DNA of 64,000 bases from Vicugna vicugna (Eukaryota), in contig MU058221.1 in the NCBI GenBank assembly GCA_013265495.1, positions 1,178,001-1,242,000 of the forward strand, read 5' to 3'. Position numbers and translations under genes: made by a program. Shown piece after piece: positions 37,913-51,580 of the stretch. Under the pieces are notes generated by a model. The model was given only the letters and a program-made list of their open reading frames with translations, did no database searches and was not told where the DNA came from. Each line of letters begins with the position of its first letter. The first letter of the stretch is position 1.

Positions 37913-40900
37913 ACACTATAAAATCTGTCAGGCCTAATTTTCTAGGTAATACTTTATCTTTCAATTCTTAAATATTATTTAATTTTTATGCATATTTGTT
38001 CTGAGATTCCAGTTTCAAAACCATGATTTCCCAGAGGCCAACTGCTAACTATAGTGTCATAGTATGGATATTAATTGCTTTTCTCTAAATTCGTACACAG
38101 ATTCAAAACATTAACCTAATTATATAATTTTGCCTTGAATAGATTTTCATTGTGTTATCCAAAACTTCCTCCCTCTGTCAATTGTGAAGTGATGGGCGTC
38201 ATAGAAGAAAGGACAAATTAGCAGTTTTTAAAATGTGACTACACGTTGACATTCATGTTAGCAATACACGGAAGTGGCATTAGTAAAATATGTGGATTTG
38301 TGAATATTTTGACATTTTTCCACTATGTTGTCAAAACAGTGTCATGAGCACATTCAGCTCCACATTTTCAGAAGTATAAACTGACGGCTATTAAGTGCTT
38401 TTCTAAGTGCCAGACAGCAAATCAATGGTATGATCAATATCACAATCCACAGGCCTGAATCAACTACAAAAAGAAATGGATTTTGTCCGCTATTAATGTT
38501 CACACAAAAACAAACACTAAGGTCATTAGTAATTATTAGTAATCATTTGCAATCATGAATACTATCAATTATTTTACAATTTATTTTTTTCCAAAAGGTA
38601 AGGTGACTGTCAATGATACTGCTCTCTACATATCTATGTGTACTAATTTGTTAATAATGTCACACTAGAAAACACATATAGTATAGAAATGTTCCAAAGG
38701 TGATAGACACTTAGCATTTTAATTGTATTTTCTCTTGCAATAATTTTTGAAAGCAATTAAGCAATATTAATTGAAGGATATTAGATTTTATCTTAACTTT
38801 TAATCTAAAAACTCACCTTTAATGTATGTATTATGTCAAGGAAATTTATACAGTTCTATTGTTGGACTGAAATACATGAATGTTCATAGCAGTCTTCATT
38901 AGAACAACAAAATTAAGAATAGTATTACCTAGATAGGGCTTTGTTCAGATAAATAATAGTATAATACAATGAATTGCAACATGGATAGTAAATTTTTATT
39001 GGAACTGTCCATCTGTATGAACTTATTTTGTGGTATATTGATAAGTGAATGTAGAATTACGAAATCAGGTGTACATTTGACATCATGGTGTTTAAGACTA
39101 GAGATGCAATGCAAAATGTTAAGAGTAATGAAATAAATTGATCAATGTTTATTTACTGTGTGAAATTTAGACTGTAAAATGCATATTGCTTTCTTATCTG
39201 TATTTTCCAACTTATCAATTATTTTTGTAATCAATACATTTTTAAAGATGTACACATTTCTTTATGTCACAGTGTAAAAACTGTGATTTTCAAGATCTAA
39301 AACATTATCTTTTTCTTCTTCTCCATTCTTTTCTTGACCAAAATAAGACAAAATGTGACATATTTTCCAATAGTTTTCCTTGCATAATAAATTGCAACAA
39401 ATTAAACTGTCAACAGATATTGATAGGGAAAAAATCTTTTTGATAACTGCCTAGCGAAATGTCACTTTGGGATATTTGACATTTTGATGTGATCATTGAT
39501 AATTGTGAAATGCTCAGTAAATTTGTGAACAGGTGCAAATAATGTGGTGTGAAATGTTCATTATGCAAATTAGATGGCTTAAATCTTCACATGTAGCTAG
39601 TGTGTTTATGCTGAATTTGAAGGCATTTATTTTCTTCCCACCTAGCAGAACCTATGCACATCCTTTTAATTGTCTGCATGTTGAGAAAACTATTTATATT
39701 GCCACACAAACAGACTCACCGAAGACAGACTAAACAGGATGTGGTCGTGTTAGTCCTGACATCTGAGCGAAATGGCAGAAGAAACAGGCTTGAAGATAAA
39801 AGGACTTACACATGATTGTAGTTAGGAACAAAAGCTGATCAAAAATCTCTTGCTTTCCCTTAATCAATAAGGACACAGAGTAACTGAATTTCTCACTTAG
39901 AACTTCGCGGTTAGTGGAAGAACCATAGTGCAACTCATGCGAGATCATACATTAACCTATGTGTTGAAGAATGTATGCAAAAACATGTATTTTCTTTATT
40001 GCCTTACTGCCGATTTTACCTCCCTCCCTCTCTACCTGGTGCATGGGAAGAGGGGGCCGGGTGTCATACTGGCCAGTTTCCGTTATTTCTGCCCACGCTC
40101 ATCATTCCCACGCTAACTTACTCTGTTTGAAAAAAAAAAAACAAACCTTATTTTTCAGACCACATGTGTTCCTTTTTGATGTGTTATCTGGGTGTGTGAA
40201 GAAATAGTGCAGTAAACATGGCCTCATGTGGTGTGAGAGACGAGGCCCACACACACACGTTTGTCTTCTGAACACTCTGGAGCAGGAAAAAAAGAAGTCG
40301 GTGACCTGCTCCTGCTCCAGGGTTGATGAGCAGCGAAACAAACGGGTCTCACTCGGCTTTTACGTGCTGGTGACGTGGCAGCCGGCATCGCTGGGGTCTG
40401 TATTGCCTCGCCGTTTGTTGCTGGTCACAAGTCACCAATTATTCTCCCAAAGATACCCTTCTGCTCTGACACTCTGCTGACTTCCCACTGAAATATGCAA
40501 GCATGCTGGACCCCTTTCACGGAAAACGCAGTGGCCGCAAAAAACTAAAGGTGACGAGAACAGAAAAGGGAAATTAATCACAGTGCCCTGCACGGCTCAG
40601 CGGTGAAGGGAACTTACATATATCATAGTAAGTCCTCCGGATCCTCTATTTAGCTTTTCACCACCATTCTGATGTCATGAAATGGCCTCTTTTTGTGAGC
40701 TATCCACAGTGAAAAACAGTTTTTGGACGTGTTCAAAAAGCCTTTTCTGAATTCCGTGGATAATACCCTCCAGGGAAGCTGCCCCGTTCGGAATGCTTGC
40801 CTCCTGGCATGGACAGCTGCGTGCCCAGAATCTAAGTCTTGACCAGTTAGGGTTCTTTGCTATTGTTTGTTTGTTTGTTTGTTGTTTGTTTTCCATTGAC

Positions 40901-41129
40901 AGGAATTAGGGGTTCTATGCTGATTTCCTTGGCCGGATCATTCCAATACAACTCTCACATTGTTGTCTGTTTCCTGTGGGTCTACGGTTCAGGAACTCTG
41001 CCCAGAGCGGGCTCCTTCACCCAGTTCTCCAGTCTGCCTGCCTTCCTTGCTTTCTCAGCACTGAGCTTCTCCCTCTCAACCTGATGGTGACTCCCTTGGG
41101 AAAGACCTCACTTGATGAAAATGATGAGT

Positions 41130-41590
41130 AGGGATGCCTCTAAAAGGATCACCAGGACCATATGACTGTGAAGAACAAGGAAGTTCTTCACAGAATGGCA
41201 AAAATCAAAGCTTAATTAAAGCTCTGCCATCGGAGACAGGGGACTCTTCACAGTGTTTGCTCAGAAGAATTTCAGAATCGCTGTTAAACGCTGACTGCTG
41301 TGCGTTCCCCATTTTTCTCTCTTTTGAATGGGGTAATTTATTGGACTTATCTCGTCCCTGCTGAGGGTGTAAATAGAAGTTAGATAACTTGTCTTTTCAG
41401 CTTAGTGATTCCCAGGGGGAAAGTTCAGATATAATGGGGATCATTGAGAATTATCCAGGAATCACTACCCTTGGCCTCAATGCAGCGATTAGAGGGGGAT
41501 GTGAGAGTGTCTTTTGGGGAAAGAGTGAGTTTTTCTGTGTCCAGAAGGAAGAAGAGATGAGTATTTGGGGATTGGGAGGATGGATAATGG
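41130..41590 (+). mobile_element. MaLR internal sequence 3' part (MLT1-int)
   Basis: AGAATTTCAGAATCGCTG...TGACTGCTGTGCGTTCCCCATTTTTCTCTCTTTTGAATGGG...AGATAACTTGTCTTTTCAG. Confidence 0.7.
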
Positions 41591-41759
41591 CAAAGATGCT
41601 AGAAGTTCTTCAACGTCAGTTACCTTTTCTGAGTTTACACAAAAACTGTACGTCTTAGGCTGTCTTATAATTAGAAAGAGATGCACACAGAAGTGACAAA
41701 TCCCCCTCCTGAGCAGTGAAGCCGCCGCTCACTTTGTCCCTCCACCTCGACTGACCAAA

Positions 41760-42125
41760 TTCTTTCACAGCTGGAGGCAAGGACTCACTCTTTGGTGCAT
41801 TTCCTGAGTTAGGGGCCCCTCCACCTGCTAATGGCTCCTTCCTTCATCTTCGAAGCCGGCAGCATAATAACTTTCAGCTTCCTTCTCTGGCAATTGTCCC
41901 TGTTCCCTCTGCTGTCACATCTCTTCCTTTGAGTCTGACTTCCCCACCCCCCTTAGAGGTATTCCCACAATCGATTGTGCTTGCCCCATAACGCAGGGCA
42001 ATCTCTCCGTAGCAAAATTTTTAATCACATCTGAAAAGTGCCTTTTCGTATGTAAGGTAACACATTCACAGATCTTGATAATTAGGACCTGAATATCTTT
42101 AGGGGACCTTATTCAATCCATCATA
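41760..42125 (-). mobile_element. MaLR LTR fragment (MLT1D-like)
   Basis: CCTTCCTTCATCTTCGAAGCCGGCAG...TAATCACATCTGAAAAGTGCCTTTT..ATGTAAGGTAACACATTCACAGATCTTG..AATTAGGAC. Confidence 0.75.
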
Positions 42126-42759
42126 TTGTGTTAATTAAGAGGATTTTTTGTGGTAGCAAAGATGCAATTTATTATCCTGGCAAATATTAAATGAATGAGA
42201 AGCAATGATTCTGATATTTCACAAGAGACTACCAAGCGGATACATCCAACAGAAGTTTTAATACATGAGCCTCAAATTTAGAGTCAAGAAATAAATCAGT
42301 GTTACGCATATTGATCTATTGATCTATACATTTTACACGTTAACATCCCTCAAGATTCTTATTGAAGTGGTGGTTTTGTTTCTAGTGAAAAATAACTGTC
42401 TTTAGAACCAATTATTCCTAACATAGATGTATTTGGTCTTTTAAGTGCATTGGACTGGAAAATGTTAACAAATGAAGATATTTGGAAAGTATTACCACTT
42501 TTATTATATTTGGAAAAGCATAAATATGTATGGTCAGAACAAAAGTTCCAAGGGAAAAGAAAAAAGTAAAAAAACACAATATTTAAACCATGAGTATCAG
42601 AAGAGAACCTAATAAGAAATCTGAGATTCTCAGAGCACTCGGCAGCTAATAAGAGTGTAACACTTTACAAGTTAATGGCACATACATTTTACTATGAGAC
42701 AGACACTTTGACCAACTAAGCGACTAAGCACCTTGATGCAAAGTACATTTTAATGATTA

Positions 42760-44150
42760 CTGTGCAGTCAACAAGGTCAAAGGCTTTATAGAGGTCAAGC
42801 ATGCTAAGTTCCGAGTATTCATACGCACCAGCAGCCCGTGTGCCTTTTGTGGCTTAGGCAAGAATAGTTTCCATGGAGTAGCAGCTCATATTCCTCACTG
42901 CAGGGGTGCAGGGAGGGTGACAATTGGAGACAACAGACATGTAAAATTAAGGCAGCTTATTTATGAAAAGGTTGGAAAAAAATTGCTGTTGCTTATTATC
43001 TTGGAGCAAACATGAAGTCGAGGAAAAGGTTTTCAAGTGTGTGAGACCCTTAAACGTGTTTAAGCATTGATGGGGAAGGATACAAAGACAGATACAGGAC
43101 AGAGAGGCTACAAAGTGGTGCTACCAGGAGATAAGGTTCCAATGTGATGTGGTTGCAAAACGTGCATGACGCTCCTGGGAAGAGGCTCCGACGTCTCTGT
43201 CCTGCTGCTGCGAAGAAGGGGCAGAGGCAGTGAAATAGATGATTTTAGGAAATTAGAGACTATTTCTAATAGGATCTGTGTCCAGATTGATACAGGATGA
43301 TTCACGGGCGACACGCTGCCACCAGTCTGTCTAAGCATGTGGTTTTCTCCAGCAGCTTTTAAATGATGGGTTGAAAAGCTGAGAAGCCAATATTTAGACT
43401 TTTGCAAAATTGCAGTTTTACTGGCAGCATGTAATAGAAATGCAAATCAGGACAGGAATTTGAGGATGTTGGCAAGAGAATGATTAAAATGATGTGCTGT
43501 AGAATTTAGGAAAATAAGGAAGACAGGAAATGCAGTGGTGAGGATTGGAGTAGGAGGCTAATCAATGTGGAGACATTAGAGAATTAATAAGATTTGGGTT
43601 CTTGGTAAGATCGCAAAACAGATCGGACGGCCACATGTGAGAGCTGCAAGGTTGGGTTTGGGTGAGAGAGTGGGATGTTTGGTTTTAAGCATTCCGAATT
43701 GCAGCCATCCTAGATAATGATGGAAACTGGTGGCTGAAACAGGGTCAAGCTGAAGGCCTCAGGAGTTGGAAACATTAAGGGACAATCTGTCAAAGTCACA
43801 TGTTGAATGTCTGTCTGGATGCTGAATTTACTTTGTAGGACAAATGACTAGATTTGGGGTGAAGAGAAAGACAATAATTCAGGAGACCAAAAAACAAACC
43901 TGAAGTTAATGACAACGCCTGGCTGAAAAATCTATAGGTGGGGACAACCAAAGGAATAAGGGATCGTGTAAATGGGTGACACAGGTGAGCAAGAAAAAAT
44001 GAGAATAACAGACAAAACAAGTAACATAGAAACCTCAAGGGAAAAAGAGCACATATTCTCAAGGCGTGTGTGGATGAAAAAGTACAACAGTGCTTTTGAT
44101 ATATGTGGGGTTAGAGTAACTTTCCTTCAGAGCTGGGTTATAAAATGGCC
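42760..44150 (-). mobile_element. Decayed L2 fragments (discontinuous)
   Basis: AGAGGTCAAGCATGCTAAG, GAAGTCGAGGAAAAGGTTTT, GAGAGTGGGATGTTTGGTTTTAAG, TGTTGAATGTCTGTCTGGATGCTGAA resemble antisense L2. Confidence 0.4.
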
Positions 44151-47100
44151 ATTTGATAAATAAAATTTGAAAATCAACTCCTTATTATCTGTCAATTCAT
44201 CCCAATACGTTTTCTGAAAACAGATGACTAACCGTACATCCAAATCTATTCAAAGATAGTTAGTAGGTAATCTTAAACCTAGCTAAAATTAAAAGAAGTT
44301 GGATTCAGGTAACTGTATGAATAATAAAATCCGTATGTAACTGATTAAATTAAAGTAAAATTAATTTAATATTAAAAGTAAAATTTTCAGTGTTTCTTGA
44401 ACTCCCTCCAGAGGATCTTGTCCTCAGACAGAAATGTTTTTTGAACTAGATTGCAAATATATCTTTACAGCAGCGGTGGGGATCACTGGCCCCATAGCTT
44501 GTTCCCAGCAAGAGACTCCAGGTAACTTTTTTGGCTCTGGTTCTGTAGGGGGAAGAAGAAATTCCAGTATACACCAGTTCTTTTGAAAACTTGGGGAAAG
44601 AATGGGTGTGGGAAGGACATCAAGTACCTAAAACTAAGCAACAGATTCCAGCCTTCAAGCTTCCATTTGCTTGTGCCGTCGTCCCTTAGCAATCAACCTT
44701 CCTCCTTCCACAGTGTCTCCCTGTCACCTTCAACGTCTGTGCAAAAATGAGTTTAAAAGTAGGATGTGCGAAATGTAACAAACGTATAGGAGGGCACTGT
44801 GCTTTTATTCCTATCATATTTGCAGGCACGGATACAGTCGGATTCTTAAGCTGTCAAGAAAGCTACGCTCCTAGTAACATTAGGAACACGAAGCTGAGTG
44901 CTGGCGTTCAGGATGGCGAGTTACTCGTTGGCAGGATCAGCGTGTGCTGAGTACAGCGTGCGTGGAGGGGGCTCTCCCTCCCTCCCTTTTTCTGTACGAC
45001 TGTGGCTCTGGGGGCCGCAGCCTGGGGTAGGAGATGAGACCCAGACGTGCTTCCAGCGGTCTCCTTCCTGTCTTGCACACATGCTGTCTGAGCGGTAACG
45101 GGTCCCCAGGCCTGCCCCCTGCGTGCAGGCCCGGCTGCCTCCTCTGTTTTCCCTCCTCCCGTCTGACAACCGGCAGGGAGACGGACCAGGCGAGCACACA
45201 AGGCCAGACCATCACTAGGCTCTTGGGATGAATGCCAAGCCCTGGGCGCCTTCGCTGCCTTCCTCCCACAGACCACACCTCCCTGCAGTTGTTCAGTGTG
45301 CTGCTTTGGTGTGAAGTTGCTTACTTCCTACTGCCTGCCTAAATCCCATCCATGCTTGTAATGCAGACCTGTTGTCCAGAACTCTGGGTTTGGGCATGGA
45401 AATAAATTCAAAGAAACACAACATACACATTTAGCCTTTTTTCTCATTGCTCTTCGTGGCCATACCATCCTCAGGTACTCTGAATAGCTCATACAACGAT
45501 GGCTGAGGGCAGAGACAACATTAAGGATCTTTACCAGTTGGTGTGGCAGCAACCCATTAGGGTAGATGCTGGCCATACATGTGGAGCAGGACCCCAGATC
45601 AGCCAGACGCGCCAGGAGTTGAGTCTTTCATTGCTTAACTGAAGACATTTCTGGGGGCCCAGCGGGGCATCTGAGTGGCAGCACCGTCCAGTGAGCTCTT
45701 TGCAGCAGGGTTTTACCCGCTAAGGAGCCGACAGTCCGCGTAGCTGTGCGGTTTGTTCCAGGTTGTTGGAACCTGAATTAGGGCAGCTCTTGCTGGTGTT
45801 AGTTTCTACGGGTTTCAAGCTATTTTAACAACATTAAAAAAACAAACAAACCCATGCTTACGTTTAACAACATTAGAAATATTGTGCTGAATATTTTAGG
45901 ACCTAACACTGTGACCCGAGAACCATTTATCTGATTGCTTTCTTTAGCTGGGTTAGGGAACTTAGAAGTTCATAGGCTTAGGTGAACAATTAGCCAGTAG
46001 TTAGTATTAGCAATAACGATTTTTACTACATTTGCCTTTGTTCTTTCTGCATTTTAACTACATACATTTGCCTGTCTTTATTACCTCTGATTCAAAGAAC
46101 ATCTTAATAAATTTTCCTTTCAGTGTAAATTTTTAAAGGAGTAAAGTTATCATAAAATTTTAGGTTGCATTTTAATTGCTCGTTATTTCTGTACACAGCG
46201 AAGGGCACTGCAACACTTAAGAATTGTAATATCACATCTCAGTCCTGCTTCAAAAAGCAGGTGTGTCAAGAATTTTCCACATATCAAAAATATCCAGAGA
46301 TATGAAATAGCTTCAGATTTAACTCTCGGCACCTGACCGCCTACATTTCAGTAAGCCCATCACCAAAATAAGTAATAATACAAGAAGTTATAAACTATGT
46401 ACGTGTAATACTCTGCGTACGCACAGACGCAGGCTAAAAAGTGAGGATTTTTTTTATTGGTGTCTGGCGTTACCTGAAATTCTGGAACACAGTGGAGCCC
46501 TTCTGTTAGCAACTCTAACCAAATTGAATGAGATCGATTAATTCATTTCAGTCTAAATTTTCAGTCTATAAAGCTTTAATACTAAGGAATTTTAAAATGT
46601 TGTAGCATGGATCAGCATTTGTATTATTTCTACTTTTTGGTTATAATGAATCAGGCTGCTATGAAAAAACAAAGGAGAATAAAAGAAAGAAAAGCTCTCT
46701 AAAACTGACATTAATATCTTAAAAACTGCCTTTCATTACATATTATCCAATATTTTTGAAGTCCTAGATTTGTGATTTTGATTCTTCTCTGTTTGGTTCA
46801 TTCCTTGTAAATGCATGGTTGCCTCTGCTCCATGTAACCAGTCAGACCGCCTCCTGTTTTCTTTATGCAAAGCTGCTTGCACAGTGGATACACTTCCTTC
46901 CACACCGGAGAGAATTGGAAATGAAAGGTCATGCTAACAGCAATTGCGCCTCATTTGAAAGTTAAATGCATCTGCCTTTGAATCTCTGAATTTCGGTAGC
47001 CCTTCCAGATGAAGTCATTCAGGGCTGCCAAACTCCTGAATTTTAGTCTCACGTATTCCTGATAGGATTCCGTACAAGAAAAGAATGAAATAATGCAGTT

Positions 47101-47256
47101 CCTCATAACAGTAAATGGAGCAGAGAAATATTGTCATTTGTCAGAATGTCATTCTTCTGGTTTATCTTCCTTCCTTTAACTAAAAGTTCAAGACTGAGCT
47201 TTTTAACTTTACCAGTCGACTCCCTAAGAGCAGGGATGGGGCAAAAATCATGGCAC

Positions 47257-47881
47257 TGATGCAGGAAAACGGATGTGGGGTGTGGGGAGGGCCGGGTCCC
47301 CGGTCTTGGTGGAGCCCCTGGGATGTGCCCCGCCAGGTGTGGGTCCTTGGCTTCGCGCAGGAAAGAATTCAAGAGTGAGCCCCAGTTGAGGGAAGGTAGA
47401 TTTATTTAGAGATACATTGAAAGGCAAGAAAAGGGCCACGAGGTGTGGGGGTCGGGTGCTCAGATTAGAGTAAAAGTAGGTACGCACTCCATAGACAGAG
47501 CGCTGGGCTGTCTCAGAACGGAGAGAGAGGGAGAGGCCAAGAGGGGCAGGGTTGCCCGTTTGTATGGGATTTGGTAGCTTCATATGCTAATAAATAGAAG
47601 GACCCGTCTAACCAGCATGGGGAAGGGGCTGGGATTCCCAGGAAGTTGGCCAATTCCCCCTCTCTGACCTTTGGTGACCAGCCTTGGGGCTGCCCTGGTG
47701 CCTGTGGACGTGTTATTCACCGTGCTAATAGGTTACAGTGAGCGTGTGATGAAGCTCAAGGAAGTCAGATCTCCCACCAGCTTGAGCCTCGAGGCCTCCT
47801 GGGGGCTGAATCATCAGCCATCCTGATGTTAATTGTCGAGTTGTTCCTTGAATGGCTCTGCGCTGCCCGCTTCCTGCCTCA
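47257..47881 (-). mobile_element. ERV1 solo LTR (MER41/MER4-group-like), 625 bp
   Basis: Terminal inverted repeat TGATGCAGGAA / TTCCTGCCTCA (10/11 match), 4-bp TSD GCAC/GTAC, reverse polyA signal TTTATT at 47401, CAGGAAAGAATTCAAGAGTGAGCC and CTTCATATGCTAAT motifs. Confidence 0.85.
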
Positions 47882-48394
47882 GTACTGGAATGATGCGATC
47901 AAGACGTTTTGGGCGTTGTGGAATACTGAACTTCCTTAGATCTCAAAGGCTGATGACATTAGTCATGAACCTGACCTACCTACTTGGTAAAGGGATGTTG
48001 AATGAAGCCGTGACTGCTCTGTAGAGCTCCGCCCTTGTATTTGAGGTTTTACTCCGATCTCTGATTCACTGTTTTCAACTTTCTCTCTCTCCACATGGAT
48101 TGTTTAATCCAACCATGTCACCTAAATCAGGTCACCAAAAATCAGCAAAGAAAGTAATACTACGGCCACACTCATCTACTAATAGAAGTAATTATTCTTT
48201 CTTGTATTTTTCTCTTCATTCCAACACATCATTAATATCCAAGATCTCACTATTTTAGAATCTTACCTTCACAAGTTTATGATTTTCACACCCCAGTTAA
48301 CTGCACCTCGGCACCTGCTGTAGGCCCTTACTTGTCATGACTTTCGTCGGTGACTTGTTCAGCTGTGGTTTACAAGCAATGATCCGTGTCTACG

Positions 48395-48530
48395 TTAACA
48401 GCGGTGATCCCCAGGTACCCCTCTTAGAGGTTTCATTAGGTCTGAAAGGGGGCCCAGGAACGTGCATGCTTATGAAAACCCCAAGCAATTGTGGCTCAGG
48501 GAGCTCTCCTGATCACACTCTGGGAAACAC
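48395..48530. mobile_element. MER5-like hAT fossil
   Basis: TTCATTAGGTCTGAAAGGGGGCCCAGGAACGTGCATG...ATCACACTCTGGGAAACACT. Confidence 0.6.
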
Positions 48531-49503
48531 TCAACTTGTTAGCCTCATCCCCGAGAGCTACTTCACAACATAAACTCTAACAGTCAATGCTGCCATCGTT
48601 ACTCACAATTTCGTAACTTATTTTAGCTTCTTCTCACCCCCAGCCGCAGATTCTAGGTTTCCTAAAGTTATGCCCCTCTGATCCCTCAGTGTTTCTAAGA
48701 ATGTGGATCAGCTACCCCACCATTCCATGTGCACCTTTTATTACCCTTGTGTATACTCTTGCCAGCCCCCTGATTAACTTTCATGCCTTACTTCAGCCAC
48801 AACCACCCAGAAAAAGACCGAAAAAATAAGAACAAGAAAACGTAGGTGACAGTGACAGTCGTACATCTGCTTTATTGAGGGGAAGTGGAGAAAGTCACTC
48901 AGCTACATGGACACCCATAAAATTTCTGGCTTTCAAACTAGACCGTGACCTTGGCACTGAATCTCATTTATTTCACCCCATATCCCCTTCACCTATTTCT
49001 CAAACACGATTCCAAAGGCAGAACTCAGTACCAGAAATTCCATCTGTAATTTCAGAAGAAACCTGTTCTGTCTCCCTCCGCTGCGGGTTAACGGGAGCAG
49101 GCGTGCGTAATTCCCCACCCATTCTTGTCTCCTTTACAAGCTTAGGGACATTTCCGTAAATACAAGCCTTTCTAATCTGTTCTCAGAAGGTGAAATATTT
49201 CACTCCTCTCTTCCTAAATGACACCACTCACCCTGTAGTTTGAGAACTTCCTCTGTCAAATATATCTCTTCTCTTTTGTATATTGTCTGTCCACATAGTG
49301 CCTTGTGTTTGATGAATGATATATGCTTAAAATTTCCATTTTGTAAAGACATTTCTTGAGCCTTGCTTACTTCTAGTTACGGCAGGATTTTAAAGCTTTT
49401 TTAAAATTGTGGAAAGCAGTTCTTTTGCTAACTCATGCTGATTATTACCCAAGTATTTCCAACAATTATTTACTTTCTCTCTTGTTTTTTGGATGGTTAT
49501 GTC

Positions 49504-49696
49504 TTTTTTCATTGAAATATAATTAGTTTACAATGTTGTAAAAAGTTCACATTGTTGTGTTTATTTCCAGCGTACAGCATAGTGATTCAGTTACTCATAT
49601 TCATTTTCATCATGGTATTACAAGGTGTTGAATACAGTTCCCTGGGCTGTACAGTAGGACCATGTTCTTTATATATAGTTAGTTAGTATCTGCTAT
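49504..49696 (-). mobile_element. L1 3' UTR fragment
   Basis: TTTTTTCATTGAAATATAATTAGTTTACAATGTTGT...GTACAGCATAGTGATTCAGTTA...GAATACAGTTCCCTGGGCTGTACAGTAGGACC. Confidence 0.8.
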
Positions 49697-50529
49697 GTCT
49701 TGATCAGTTGACAAAAACGTTCTGACCAGAGGCTCGCAGGAACCCTTCCCCTGGGAGCACTGGTTTAAGACTCTCCCCGTCAGTGTTCATGCTGACTTCA
49801 TTACTGCAAGCGATGGTAGCCGACCGTGCCACTATTGTCTCAGTTTGCAGATGGAGACCCTGATGTGTATTATTTACTGTCTAGATCCATGTCTTTTAAT
49901 ATTGGTTCATAACTCCCTCTAACTGCTGGCTATATTCAGCTTGTTCACCCTGTATACATAGTATCTTTCTTAGGTTTTGCAACCATCTGTTCAAAAACAT
50001 AGGCTAAAAAATTACATCTCTATCCTGCTATATTTCAACAAATGAATACAACATATTTCTTGCTAAGTTTTTGTGATTTAGATTTTCTTCCTCTAATGCT
50101 CACACCAGATAGTAACTGGATCTCTTAAATTCATTTCTCTAATTCGTTCTTTCTTGTCCTTTTACTTTTATTTTACAGCTTTTATCTCTTTATATTTTTT
50201 CTGTTGTGATTTGCAAGGGTCACATACTGCTTTAGATGACAGAAATTATTCTTTTATTTTGTCCTAAATATATTTAAAGTTAGCTGTAATTTTATGAAAA
50301 GTTTCAAATAGCAACTAAGTTTTCTTAAGTTTAGTAAGTTTCTCATATTTTTATGTTTTTTGAATTGACATTAGATCTGTAGGAATAATCTATGTGTTTG
50401 CTCAGTGTAGTCTCTCCTCCAGATTGCTGATTTTCTAGTAATTTTTAACAACCTTGAGTAATTATAAGTAAGTATTTATACTATTCAAATTTGAGAAGAA
50501 AAGTGGGAAGTCAATTTCACTTCTTTTCA

Positions 50530-51580
50530 GTTAATCAGTTTTATTTTTCAGACTAGTTTTGATTGCACAAAGCTTGAATCAAAAGTTAACAGTCCCCAAA
50601 TGTTCCCTCTCTCCCCTGCTCACAGTTTCCCCTGTTAATAACATCTTGCCTTAGTAGAGCCTATTTGTTTTAATTTATTAACAGATGTTGATACAATATT
50701 ATTAACTAAAGTCCTCAGTCTGCATTAGGGTTCATGCCTTGTGGTGCATAGTTCTACAGGTTTTGATAAATGTGCAATGTGATGTACCCATCATTACTAC
50801 AGGTGCCCAGTGCTTCACCTATTCCTTCCTCTCCTTTTCCACAACACCTGGCAACCCCTGTAATTGTCACTGTCTCCGTATCTTTGCCTTTTCTGGAAGG
50901 TCATATATGCATTATAGGTCAAACCATACAGTTGTAGCCTTTTCAGACTGACTTCTTTCACTAAGCAATATGCATTTAGGATTCTTTTATGTCCACTCAT
51001 GGCTTGATAGTTTATTTATTTTCATCAGTGAGTAATATTTCATTGTATGGATATACCACAGTTTATCAATTCACCTTTTAACAGACATCTCTGTCACTTC
51101 CAGTTTTTGGTGGTCATAAATAAAGCTGCAGTTTTCTGCGTGGACATGACTTTCCAGTTCACTAGGCTAAGATGGAGGGGCATGATTGCTAGATCACATA
51201 GGCAGAGAATTTTCCTTTAAAAGAGAGGGAAATCTTCCAGAATGACTGTTCCATTTTACATTCCTACTAGTAATGAATGAGACTTTCTGCTGCTCCGTGT
51301 CCTCACCAGCTTTTGCTATTGTCAGTTTTTTGGAGTTGAGCTATTTTTGTAGATGTGTAGGGGTGTTATTCCCCAATAATACAAGATGCTGAGCATCTTT
51401 TCATAGGCTTTTTTGCTACCTTTATGGCCAGCTGTTGATTCATATCATTTGCCCATTTCTTAAATCAGGTTGTTTATTTTGTCACTGTTGACTTTTAAGA
51501 GTTTTTTTTTTTGCATCTTTTGGGTACACATTTGTTTTCAAAAATACCCTTTTTTTGCAAGCATTTTCCCCAGTCTGCAT
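50530..51580 (-). mobile_element. L1MC-type 3' fragment
   Basis: TTGATACAATATTATTAACTAAAGTCC...ATTAGGGTTCA, GCCTTTTCAGACTGACTTCTTTCACTAAGCAATATGCATTTAGG, GATGCTGAGCATCTTTTCATA. Confidence 0.85.

Noticed and set aside
40277..40320. Perfect 11-bp inverted repeat CTGGAGCAGGA/TCCTGCTCCAG
   Set aside because: A stem of this length with a short loop is not unexpected by chance in 64 kb, and it is too short for a pre-miRNA.
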